Origin: Candidatus Multivorans sp.
GTDB taxonomy: Bacteria; Acidobacteriota; Thermoanaerobaculia; Multivoradales; Multivoraceae
Length of the DNA stretch: 64,000 nucleotides
Direction: 5' to 3'
Assembly: GCA_965247095.1 (NCBI GenBank)
Contig: OZ251997.1
Span: 288,001 to 352,000 of the forward strand
In this document: one piece after another, positions 49,319-57,799 of the stretch
How positions within the stretch are numbered: position 1 is the stretch's first letter
Layout of the letters: each line of letters begins with the position of its first letter
Made by a program: the position numbers and the translations under genes
The notes under the pieces: model-generated
What the model was told of the DNA's origin: nothing
What the model saw: only the letters and a program-made list of their open reading frames with translations
The model's database searches: none

Positions 49319-49864
49319 ATGGGCACCATGAAGAAGACAACACTCTGGATCGTCGCCGCTGTGGCCGGTCTTGTCCTGCTCGGCCTTGGCTACGGCATTG
49401 GCTGGATCACGGGCGTCACCGGTGTCGGCCGGACGGTGCCGATCGAAGAACTCTCCGAGCGGGAGCGCGCATTCGCCGAGCGGATGCAAAGCGTGGACTT
49501 GGTGGGGCACTTCACGATCGACAACCTGGAAGGTCTTGAGGAGTTCGAGGTCAGGCGCGACCGCAACCCCGAGCGCTACGAGATCGCGAGCGTCGCGAAG
49601 CTCGAGGGAGAGGGGGACCGGTGGCGCTTCGACGTCCGCGTGGTCTACATGACGGTCGACGTGACCCTGCCGGTCGTCGTGCCGCTCGTATGGGCTGGCG
49701 ATACGCCCATGGTCAGCATCACCGACTTCGAGATTCCTGGCTTGGGCGACCAGTTCGGGGCGCGGGTGTTGTTCTATGACGACCGGTATGCCGGCACCTG
49801 GGACCACGGGCCATACGGCGGGATGATGTACGGCGTGATCGAGCCGGCGGGGGGCGGCGAGTAG
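49319..49864 (+). CDS. Hypothetical membrane-anchored protein
   Basis: N-terminal TM; WAGDTPMVSITD...ARVLFYDDRYAGTWDHG...GGMMYG; coding-like codon use. Confidence 0.75.
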   Translation: MGTMKKTTLWIVAAVAGLVLLGLGYGIGWITGVTGVGRTVPIEELSERERAFAERMQSVDLVGHFTIDNLEGLEEFEVRRDRNPERYEIASVAKLEGEGDRWRFDVRVVYMTVDVTLPVVVPLVWAGDTPMVSITDFEIPGLGDQFGARVLFYDDRYAGTWDHGPYGGMMYGVIEPAGGGE

Positions 49865-49905
49865 CGCGGCGAAGCCTACGGGCTCGCCGCTTCGCGGCGT
49901 CGCCC

Positions 49906-49972
49906 GGATGCGGGCGAGACGCCCGCGTTCCCAGGGGACGGAGCCGGATGCCGGCGGGGACGCCGGCGCACC
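49906..49972 (-). repeat. Repeat family C: one intact and one degenerate copy between convergent genes
   Basis: GGATGCGGGCGAGACGCCCGCGTTCCCAGG (49906-49935) and GGATGCCGGCGGGGACGCCGGCGCACC (49946-49972). Confidence 0.82.
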
Positions 49973-49984
49973 TGTACCTTCGAG

Positions 49985-52900
49985 CTACCAGGTGTCGATG
50001 TTTCTCCGCTTCTTGCCGTCGCGAACCGGGGGCGGCGGCACCGAGTCGAGCGTCCGGGCGATCCAGCGGCGCGAGTCGGCAGGGTCGATCACGTCGTCGA
50101 CGGCGAAGGCCGCGCCGGCGGTGAGGGCGCTGCCTCGTTCGTAGGCCGCAGCGACAAGTTCTTCGTAACGGGCGCGCCGCTCTTCGGGGTCCTCGATCGC
50201 GACGAGTTCGTTGCGGAACCCGAGCTTGACCTGACCTTCGAGGCCCATGCCGCCGAACTCGGCGGTCGGCCAGGCGACGGTGAAGAAGGGCTCCTTCAGG
50301 TCGCCGCCCGCCATCGCCTGGGCGCCGAGACCGTAGGCCTTGCGGAGCACGATCGTCAGCGTCGGCACCGTGACGTTGGCGCCGGTCACGAACAGCCTGC
50401 AGCAGTGGCGGACCAGGGCGGTGCGCTCGATCTCCGGCCCGACCATCATGCCGGGCGTGTCGCAGAGAACGAGGACGGGAATGTCGAAGGCGTCGCATAA
50501 CTGCAGGAAACGTGCGCCCTTGTCCGAGCCGTCGCTATCGATCGCGCCGGACAGGAACTCCGGGTTGTTGGCGAGGACGCCCACCGGCCGTCCCTCGACC
50601 CGGATCAGGGTGGTCACCATGCCGAGGCCGAACTCGGGCCGGAGCTCCAGCACGCTGCCGGTGTCGGCCAGGGTGCGGATCACTTCGCGCACGTTGTAGA
50701 TGCGCAGGCGGTTCTCCGGCACGATCCGGCGCAGGAGTCTCTGATCGGGGCACTGCCAGTCGTCGACCCGACCCTGGAAGTAGGAGAGGTACTGCTGTGT
50801 GGCGGCGACCGCCTCGACCTCGTCCTGGACCGCGATGTCGACGACGCCGTTCGGCACCTGAACGTCCATCGGACCGACTTCCTCCGGCCGGAACACGCCC
50901 AGGCCGCCGCCCTCGATCAGGGCCGGGCCGCCCATGCCGATGCTGGAGTCGGCGGTGGCGATGATCACGTCGCAGCAGCCGAGCAGGGCGGCGTTGCCGG
51001 CAAAGCAGAAACGCGAGGTGATGCCCACGATCGGCACCAGTCCGCTCAGGCGGGCGAAGGAGGTGAAGGTCGGCGTGTCGAGAGGCCGGTAGGTTTCGTC
51101 GCTGCGGCCCTGGCCTGTGTTGGTGGTCGAGGCGCCGCCCTTCCGCTTGCCGCCGGTACCGGCGCGGCCGCCGCCACCCTCGGCGAACAGGACCACGGGG
51201 CGCTTCCAGCGGTGCGCCAGTTCGACCATGCGGTCCGTCTTCGGATGGTTGATCGCGCCCTGGGTGCCGGCGAGCACGGTGTAGTCGTAGGCCATGACCA
51301 CGCAACGGTTGCGCTCATCGGGGAAGAGATCGCCGTTGATCGAGCCGACGCCGGTGATCATGCCGTCGGTCGGGAATTTGCGGATGATCTCTTCCTTCGG
51401 GAGGCCGGTGCCGGGGGTCAGCACCAACTGTCCGTGCTCGACGAAGCTGCCTTCGTCGCAGAGTTGGTCGATGTTCTCGCGCGCGGTACGTTGCTTTGTG
51501 TTGCGCCGTTTCTGGACCGCTTCGGGTCGCGCCTCGTCCAGCGTCACCCGGTGGCGTTCGAGGACCTTGCCGAGATCGGGCCGGATCAGATCGAGGTCGA
51601 TCTCGGCCTCCTGCTCGTCGCGCGAGACCTCGATGTCCCGTTCCTCGATCAGCGCCAGGACGTGGCCCTCCCAGACCGCGTCGCCGGCCGCGGCCCGCAG
51701 ATCGCGCAGTTCGCCGCCGATGTCCGAGCGGATCTCGTGCTCCATCTTCATCGCTTCCATGATGAAGAGGATCTGACCCGGGGCGATCTCCTGGCCCAGT
51801 TCCGCCTCGTGACTGAGGACGGTGCCCTGCATGGGGGCGCGGACGGCGGTGAGCCCGTCGGGGACCGGCGTCGAATCGATCGGAGGGGGCGCGGCTGCCG
51901 GCACGCTGACACTCGGCGCCCCGGACTTGCCGTGGTCCAGCACGGCGAGCGGATCGACGGCGTCGACCTTGACGCCGGCCAGGCCGCGCTCCGAGCCCGC
52001 GCTTCCACCGTTGTCGACGACGCTGGCCTGGCAGCCGCGATCCTCGAACCTGGCAGCCTCCTCAACCAGTTCCACCAGCTTCTCGTCGACGAAGCGGGTG
52101 TGAACGTCCCACGACCCGGCCTCGGGACGCGTGAGCAGCGCGCGCAGGAAGGAGGCGTTCGTTTCGATGCCCTCGATCCGGAAGTCGCCGAGCGCGCGGG
52201 CGGTCCGGGCCAGGGCGGCGACGTGGTCGGCCTGTGGCACTCGCCCCACGACCTTGGCCAGCAGGGAGTCGAAGCGTGGATTCGTCTGGTAGCCGGCGTA
52301 GCCGAACGTGTCCGTGCGCAGCCCCGGCCCGTTGGGCGGCTCGAAGGCGGTGAGGACGCCGCCGGTGGGCAACACCGCGCCGCCGGTGGCCATCTTCTCC
52401 ATGTTGACCCGGGCCTGCACGGCGTAGCCGCGCGGCGCCGCGCCGTTCTGCGAAGAGAAGCCCAGTTCGGCGAGCAGGCGGCCCTGGGCCAGTTCGAGCT
52501 GAAGGTGGACGAGGTCGACGCCGAAGACCTCCTCGGTCACCGTGTGTTCGACCTGCAGGCGCGCGTTCGCTTCGATGAAGAAGAAACGCGGTTCGGCATC
52601 GGATCCAGCCCCGGTCTCGACCAGGAACTCGAAGGTGCCGAGGTTGCGGTAGGCCGCTGCGGAAGCAAGAGCGAGCGCAGCGTCCCGGATCGCCTTGCGC
52701 AGCGCCGGCGGCAGGCAGGGCGCGGGCGCGATCTCGATCAGCTTCTGGTGGCGTCGCTGGAAGCTGCAGTCCCGGTCGCCGAAGTGGACGACGGCGCCGC
52801 TCGCATCGCCGGCGATCTGCACCTCCACGTGGCGGACCGCCGTCAGCAACTCCTCGACGAAGACACCGTCGTTGTCGAATGCAGCTCCGGCCTCGGACAC

Positions 52901-53446
52901 GGCCCGGCGGTACGCGTCCTCGAGTTCGTCTTCCGCGGTCACGATCCTCATGCCGCGGCCGCCGCCGCCCCCGACCGCCTTGATCAGCATCGAGGAGCCC
53001 GGGGGCAGGTCGTCCATGAAGGCGCGCGCCTGTTCCAGCGTGACCGGTTCGGAAACCCCGGGGACGACCGGAACGCCATGCTTCTGGGCGAGAGCCCGGG
53101 CCCGTGCCTTGTCGCCGAACAGCTCGAGGGACGTAGGCTCCGGTCCGACGAACCGGAGGCCCGCGGCGATACAGGCGCGGGCGAAGCCGGCGTTCTCGCT
53201 CAGGAAGCCGTAGCCCGGGTGGACCGCGTCGCATCCGTGCCCGGCGGCGGCCCGGAGCAGTTGCTTAGCGTCGAGGTAGGCGGCGGGGCCGGCGCCGCTG
53301 AGAGCCGCCGCTTCGTCCGCCGTCCGGACGTGAAGCGACGCGGCGTCGTCTTCTGAGAACACCGCCACGGTCGGGATGTCGAGTTCCGCCGCGGCGCGGG
53401 CGATACGGACCGCGATCTCGCCGCGGTTGGCGATCAGCAACTTCAT
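49985..53446 (-). CDS. Single-chain biotin-dependent acyl-CoA carboxylase (BC-BCCP-CT)
   Basis: LLIANRGEIA, HPGYGFLSEN, QRRHQK, RLQVEH, biotin site EAMKM, YTVLAGTQG, DTPGMMVGP. Confidence 0.94.
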   Translation of the reverse strand: MKLLIANRGEIAVRIARAAAELDIPTVAVFSEDDAASLHVRTADEAAALSGAGPAAYLDAKQLLRAAAGHGCDAVHPGYGFLSENAGFARACIAAGLRFVGPEPTSLELFGDKARARALAQKHGVPVVPGVSEPVTLEQARAFMDDLPPGSSMLIKAVGGGGGRGMRIVTAEDELEDAYRRAVSEAGAAFDNDGVFVEELLTAVRHVEVQIAGDASGAVVHFGDRDCSFQRRHQKLIEIAPAPCLPPALRKAIRDAALALASAAAYRNLGTFEFLVETGAGSDAEPRFFFIEANARLQVEHTVTEEVFGVDLVHLQLELAQGRLLAELGFSSQNGAAPRGYAVQARVNMEKMATGGAVLPTGGVLTAFEPPNGPGLRTDTFGYAGYQTNPRFDSLLAKVVGRVPQADHVAALARTARALGDFRIEGIETNASFLRALLTRPEAGSWDVHTRFVDEKLVELVEEAARFEDRGCQASVVDNGGSAGSERGLAGVKVDAVDPLAVLDHGKSGAPSVSVPAAAPPPIDSTPVPDGLTAVRAPMQGTVLSHEAELGQEIAPGQILFIMEAMKMEHEIRSDIGGELRDLRAAAGDAVWEGHVLALIEERDIEVSRDEQEAEIDLDLIRPDLGKVLERHRVTLDEARPEAVQKRRNTKQRTARENIDQLCDEGSFVEHGQLVLTPGTGLPKEEIIRKFPTDGMITGVGSINGDLFPDERNRCVVMAYDYTVLAGTQGAINHPKTDRMVELAHRWKRPVVLFAEGGGGRAGTGGKRKGGASTTNTGQGRSDETYRPLDTPTFTSFARLSGLVPIVGITSRFCFAGNAALLGCCDVIIATADSSIGMGGPALIEGGGLGVFRPEEVGPMDVQVPNGVVDIAVQDEVEAVAATQQYLSYFQGRVDDWQCPDQRLLRRIVPENRLRIYNVREVIRTLADTGSVLELRPEFGLGMVTTLIRVEGRPVGVLANNPEFLSGAIDSDGSDKGARFLQLCDAFDIPVLVLCDTPGMMVGPEIERTALVRHCCRLFVTGANVTVPTLTIVLRKAYGLGAQAMAGGDLKEPFFTVAWPTAEFGGMGLEGQVKLGFRNELVAIEDPEERRARYEELVAAAYERGSALTAGAAFAVDDVIDPADSRRWIARTLDSVPPPPVRDGKKRRNIDTW

Positions 53447-53599
53447 CGGAACTTGGCCCCTTCCGGCTCGGAAGGGCCGTTATCCTATGCGGCCGGTGAT
53501 CCACCAGCTCGCCTCGAAGCACAGACAGGCGCGCTTGCCCGCGTCGACGCGTTCGCAAGATCGCTCCCTCCCACGTCAAACCGGAGAAGCCCAGAGCCA

Positions 53600-54625
53600 A
53601 TGAAAGTCATTCGCACTCCCGACGAGCGCTTCGTCGACCTTCCCGACTTCGACTACGAGCCCCACTACACCGTCGTACCGAGGGGCGACGGTGAGGGCGA
53701 GGGTCTCCGGATCCACCACGTGGAGGCGGGGCCGGAGGAAGGTCCGCTGGTGCTTCTGATGCACGGTCAGCCGACCTGGAGCTTCCTCTACCGGCGGATG
53801 ATCCCGGTGCTCGTGGAGCGGGGCCTGCGGGTGATGGCGCCGGACCTGGTCGGCTATGGCCGGTCGGACAAGCCGACGGAGCGCGAGGACTACACCTACC
53901 AGCGGCAGGTGGACTGGCTGAGCGCCTGGTTGCGCAGTAACGGCGTCGTCCACGCGACCCTGGTCGGCCAGGACTGGGGAGGCCTGATCGGGCTGCGGAT
54001 GGCGGCGCTCGATCCGGCCCGCTTCGACCGCATCGTCGCCGCGAACACCGGCTTGCCGCTGCCGCTTGAGATGTCCGGGGAGACGGTGCGAAAGATCGAG
54101 AAGTTCCGGGCCGAGGCGCCGACACCGACGATGATGGAGATGCAGCAGCAGATCTCGCAGATGGGGACGGATCCGGCGGTCAAGTTCGCGTACTGGCAGA
54201 AGTGGACCTGGGAGACCGAGGACATTCCGGTCGGGCTCATGCTCGCGGCCAGCGTCGACGGCGTGTCGCTCACGCCTGAGGAGATGGCGGCCTACGACGC
54301 ACCGTTCCCCGATCCGTCCTACAAGGCGGGGATCCGGGCCATGCCGAGCCGGGTGCCGATGTTGCCGAACGACCCTTCCGTGCCGGCTCAGATGGAAGCC
54401 TGGCGCGTGTTCTCGGAGTGGACGAAGCCGTTTCTCTGCGCCTTCGCGGACGACGATCCGGTCACGGGCGGCGCAAAGCGGCCCTTCAAAGCGAGGGTTC
54501 CCGGCGCGCAGGGGCAGCCCCACAAGACGATCGAGGGCGGCGGCCATTTCCTGCAGGAGGGCCGGGGCCGGGAACTGGCCGCGATCGTCGCCGACTTCAT
54601 CGAGTCGACGCCGGTGGGCGGCTAA
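53600..54625 (+). CDS. Haloalkane dehalogenase
   Basis: RTPDERF..LPDFDY, HGQPTWSFLYR, GQDWGGLIG, AYDAPFPD, GHFLQE. Confidence 0.92.
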   Translation: MKVIRTPDERFVDLPDFDYEPHYTVVPRGDGEGEGLRIHHVEAGPEEGPLVLLMHGQPTWSFLYRRMIPVLVERGLRVMAPDLVGYGRSDKPTEREDYTYQRQVDWLSAWLRSNGVVHATLVGQDWGGLIGLRMAALDPARFDRIVAANTGLPLPLEMSGETVRKIEKFRAEAPTPTMMEMQQQISQMGTDPAVKFAYWQKWTWETEDIPVGLMLAASVDGVSLTPEEMAAYDAPFPDPSYKAGIRAMPSRVPMLPNDPSVPAQMEAWRVFSEWTKPFLCAFADDDPVTGGAKRPFKARVPGAQGQPHKTIEGGGHFLQEGRGRELAAIVADFIESTPVGG

Positions 54626-54682
54626 GAGCGTGCGCCGCAGAACATGGGGCACGCCGATTCTTCCTACCGCGCACGCTGCTAG
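54622..54682 (-). mobile_element. Repeat family B (MITE-like) copy
   Basis: CTAA-GAGCGTGCGCCGCAGAACATGGGG...GCGCACGCTG-CTAG, 61 bp. Confidence 0.85.
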
Positions 54683-54688
54683 GTGGCG

Positions 54689-55351
54689 ATGAGCGAAGGT
54701 CGTCGGAGGCTCCTGCGACGTGGACTCGTGGCTGTCGTCGCAGTCGTGGCGTTGGCCGGGGCGGCCGTCGCGGCGGCTCGGGTCTATCTTCGCTCGGCGC
54801 CGCGGCCGGCCGACACGACCGAAGCGCGTCTGCTGATCGGCGGCGGCGGAGAGGTCGATCACTGCGACCTGCCGGTGCTCGACGGATCGGGGCTTACCGC
54901 GGACGAGATACCGATCGCCTACACGCCCGGATGCGCCGGGTGGACCGAGTGGCCGCTGCCCGTGCTGGCGGCCTGCACCGAACCGCTTCCCGCCGGAGCG
55001 CCGGACCTGCGCGGGCTCTGGCTGGATGGCAACAGCGGGCATCTGGAACGGGTCGAGCAGTGCGGCGACCGGGTAGTCGTGACCACGGTCGGCGTCATCC
55101 ACGACATGAGGGCGGATGGCACTTTGCGGCATGGCGCCAACGACGTGAACACGCGCTGTATGAGGATTCGCAATCGGACCCGCTACCGGGACGGAGTGCT
55201 GCAGATGGACGGCTACGGCATTCCCTGGCTCCGGGTCGAGCGCTGGATGGATGGCGACGAACTGCGCTGGACGCATCCCCAGGCTGGCAGTCACCGGATG
55301 CAGTGCATCTGCCACGTTCCGCCCGAGCGCGTGACGCGCGAGCCCTACTGA
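54689..55351 (+). CDS. Hypothetical membrane-anchored Cys-containing protein
   Basis: N-terminal TM; CTEPL..APDLRGLW, ERVEQCGDRVVVT..GVIHDMRADG. Confidence 0.72.
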   Translation: MSEGRRRLLRRGLVAVVAVVALAGAAVAAARVYLRSAPRPADTTEARLLIGGGGEVDHCDLPVLDGSGLTADEIPIAYTPGCAGWTEWPLPVLAACTEPLPAGAPDLRGLWLDGNSGHLERVEQCGDRVVVTTVGVIHDMRADGTLRHGANDVNTRCMRIRNRTRYRDGVLQMDGYGIPWLRVERWMDGDELRWTHPQAGSHRMQCICHVPPERVTREPY

Positions 55352-55433
55352 AGGAGCCGTCGTCCCGGACAGCGGTCCGCTTGCCTGAACCTGGTCCGGG
55401 CGCCGAGGTGCGCGAGGCGCGGGCGCCGGCCGC

Positions 55434-55492
55434 TTGACATCTGGAGATTCGGGTGATGTCATAGCACCATCAATAGGGAGGTCATGACATCA
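55434..55492 (+). promoter_or_regulatory. TA promoter/operator
   Basis: TTGACA 55434-55439; inverted repeat TGATGTCAT (55454-55462) / ATGACATCA (55484-55492); GGAGG RBS. Confidence 0.6.
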
Positions 55493-55755
55493 TGCGTAGT
55501 ACGGTGCGAATCGACGACGACCTCATGGAGGCCCTCCGAGCGCGCTCGGAGGGTGAGGGCCTGAGCATGGCGCGCATGCTCAACCGGCTGCTACGGTCCG
55601 GCCTCGCCGCGGAATCAGGCGCCACCCGGCGGCCGCGGTTTCGGCAAGCAACCGCGTGCATGGGCCGATCCCGCGTCGATCTGGACAAGGCGCTCTCGCT
55701 CGCCGCTGCGCTCGAGGACGAGGAGATTGTTCGCAAGCTCTCGGTGAGGAAATGA
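55492..55755 (+). CDS. vapB: RHH antitoxin (VapB)
   Basis: MRSTVRIDDDL...LDKALSLAAALEDEE. Confidence 0.88.
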   Translation: MRSTVRIDDDLMEALRARSEGEGLSMARMLNRLLRSGLAAESGATRRPRFRQATACMGRSRVDLDKALSLAAALEDEEIVRKLSVRK

Positions 55756-55762
55756 CTGCCTC

Positions 55763-56233
55763 GTGATGATCGTCGACGTCAACGTCCTCCTGTACGCGGT
55801 CAACGAGAACGCCGAGAACCACGAGCCGATCCGCTCCTGGTTGGAGGACGCACTGGACGGGGACGAGACGGTGGGCCTGCCGTGGATCGTCTTGCTGGGC
55901 TTCGTTCGGATAGCGACCAATCCGCGCGTGTTTTCGGCGCCGTTGTCGGTCGACGAGGCGCTTGACAGGGTGGAACAGTGGTTGGACGCCCATGTCGTCA
56001 CGATCGTCGGGGAGAAGACCGACCACTGGCGCGCGCTGCGGGGCCTGCTCGAAGACACGGGTACGGCGGGTAACCTGACGACCGATGCTCACCTCGCGGC
56101 GTGCGCCATCACGCACGATGCAACCCTGGTGTCGTGTGACGGCGACTTTGCCCGTTTCGAGGGCCTGCGTTGGACGAATCCGCTCAAGGCCGCGCGGCCG
56201 GTCACGGCCCGCGCCAACGGCCTGTCCCGGTAG
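55763..56233 (+). CDS. vapC: PIN-domain toxin (VapC family)
   Basis: IVDVNVLLYA, FVRIATNPR, GNLTTDAHLAA, SCDGDFARF. Confidence 0.92.
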   Translation: MMIVDVNVLLYAVNENAENHEPIRSWLEDALDGDETVGLPWIVLLGFVRIATNPRVFSAPLSVDEALDRVEQWLDAHVVTIVGEKTDHWRALRGLLEDTGTAGNLTTDAHLAACAITHDATLVSCDGDFARFEGLRWTNPLKAARPVTARANGLSR

Positions 56234-56252
56234 CCGCGGTACGATGCCGGCG

Positions 56253-56858
56253 ATGCTCGGCACGACCCTCGACGCCACGGCGTACCTCGACCGTCTGCGC
56301 GCCGAGCTGGCTCGGGTGGACGCGGCGGCGGTCGAGCGTTGGGCGGATCTGGTGTTTGATGTCTGGACTCAGGGCAGCACGCTCTATCTGATCGGCAATG
56401 GCGGGTCGGCCGCAGCGGCAAGCCACCTGAGTGTCGATCTGGGGAAGGGCACGGTCGCCAAAGGCAGCCTGCGGGACGAGTCCCTTCGACGGTTGCGAGT
56501 CGTCAGCCTGGCCGACAGCGTGCCGTGGATTACGGCGGTGGGCAACGACCTCGACTACGAGCAGATCTTCGTCCAGCAACTGATGAGCGCTGCCGTTTCC
56601 GGCGACGCCCTGATGGCGTTCAGCGGCTCGGGCAACAGTCCCAACGTGCTCGCCGCGGTGGACTGGGCGAACCGTCACGGCCTGCGGACCTTCGGGCTGA
56701 GCGGATTCGACGGCGGCCGGCTGAAGGAACTCCAGCAGGACGGCGTCCACGTCGATCTCGACGACATGGGAATGGTCGAGAGCGTTCACGTCAGCCTGTT
56801 CCACTGGGTCGTGGACGACGTCTACGCCCGCACCCAGCAGACCGGCCGGTACGCCTGA
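56253..56858 (+). CDS. SIS-domain protein, phosphoheptose isomerase (GmhA/DiaA) family
   Basis: GNGGSAAAASH, TAVGND, SGSGNSPNV, GFDGG, VESVH. Confidence 0.85.
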   Translation: MLGTTLDATAYLDRLRAELARVDAAAVERWADLVFDVWTQGSTLYLIGNGGSAAAASHLSVDLGKGTVAKGSLRDESLRRLRVVSLADSVPWITAVGNDLDYEQIFVQQLMSAAVSGDALMAFSGSGNSPNVLAAVDWANRHGLRTFGLSGFDGGRLKELQQDGVHVDLDDMGMVESVHVSLFHWVVDDVYARTQQTGRYA

Positions 56859-56868
56859 GGACGGCGCC

Positions 56869-57720
56869 ATGGAAACCGCATCGAGCGGACGCCGGGTCGA
56901 TCTGCCGGGGCGGGGTGCGACGTGGGTGCATGAGGTCGAGGGGCCGCCCGGGGCACCGGTCCTGCTGCTGCTTCACGGCCTGGCGGCCACCGCGCTCCTG
57001 AACTGGGCTACGAGCTTCGCCACTCTCGGACGCGGTTTCCGGGTCCTCGCGCTCGACCAGCGCGGGCACGGCCACGGCATCCGTCGGATCGGCGCCTTCA
57101 AGCTCGAGGACTGCGCCGACGATGCGGCGGCGTTGGTCGACCGGCTGGGCGTGGAGCGGGTGATCCCGGTCGGCTACTCAATGGGCGGAGCGGTGGCGCA
57201 GTTGTTCTGGCGCCGTCACCCGGACCGGACCGCGGGTCTCGTGCTCTGCGCGACCAGTTCGCGCTTCGGCGGTCCGCGGGCCCAGCGGGCGGCCTCCACG
57301 CTCGGGCCGTTGCTGTCGCTGGCGGCGCGCGCGGCCCCCCGGTCGCTGTGGGAACGCATGGGCGAGCGCATGCTCGCGAACGTCGAGGATCCAGCCCTGC
57401 AGCAGACATTGAAGGAGCAGATGGGACCGACGGATCCGGTCTCGGTGATCGAGGCTAGCGCCGCGTTGGCCCGGTTCGACTCGAGCCCCTGGCTCGGCGA
57501 GATCGACGTGCCGACCGGGGTTGTGCTGACCGAGCAGGACGGGCACATTCCGCCCCAGTACCAGGCGCTGATGGCGGAGCAGGTTCCCGGCGCCTCGGTC
57601 CACCGGGTGGATGCCGATCACTACGCCTGCGTGGCGCGACCGGACCTCTTCGTTCCGACTCTGTTCGCCGCCTGCCGATCCGTCGCGCTACGCGGCGCGC
57701 CGGTACGCAGCGTTTCCTGA
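56869..57720 (+). CDS. Alpha/beta hydrolase
   Basis: LLHG, DQRGHG, GYSMGG, D...H triad spacing. Confidence 0.9.
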   Translation: METASSGRRVDLPGRGATWVHEVEGPPGAPVLLLLHGLAATALLNWATSFATLGRGFRVLALDQRGHGHGIRRIGAFKLEDCADDAAALVDRLGVERVIPVGYSMGGAVAQLFWRRHPDRTAGLVLCATSSRFGGPRAQRAASTLGPLLSLAARAAPRSLWERMGERMLANVEDPALQQTLKEQMGPTDPVSVIEASAALARFDSSPWLGEIDVPTGVVLTEQDGHIPPQYQALMAEQVPGASVHRVDADHYACVARPDLFVPTLFAACRSVALRGAPVRSVS

Positions 57721-57738
57721 CGCCGCGTCAACGGGTCG

Positions 57739-57799
57739 CTAGGAGCGTGCGCGGCTGAACATGGGGTGCGCCGACTCTTCCTGCGGCGCACGCTGCTAG
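57739..57799 (-). mobile_element. Repeat family B (MITE-like) copy
   Basis: CTAG-GAGCGTGCGCGGCTGAACATGGGG...GCGCACGCTG-CTAG, 61 bp. Confidence 0.85.
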
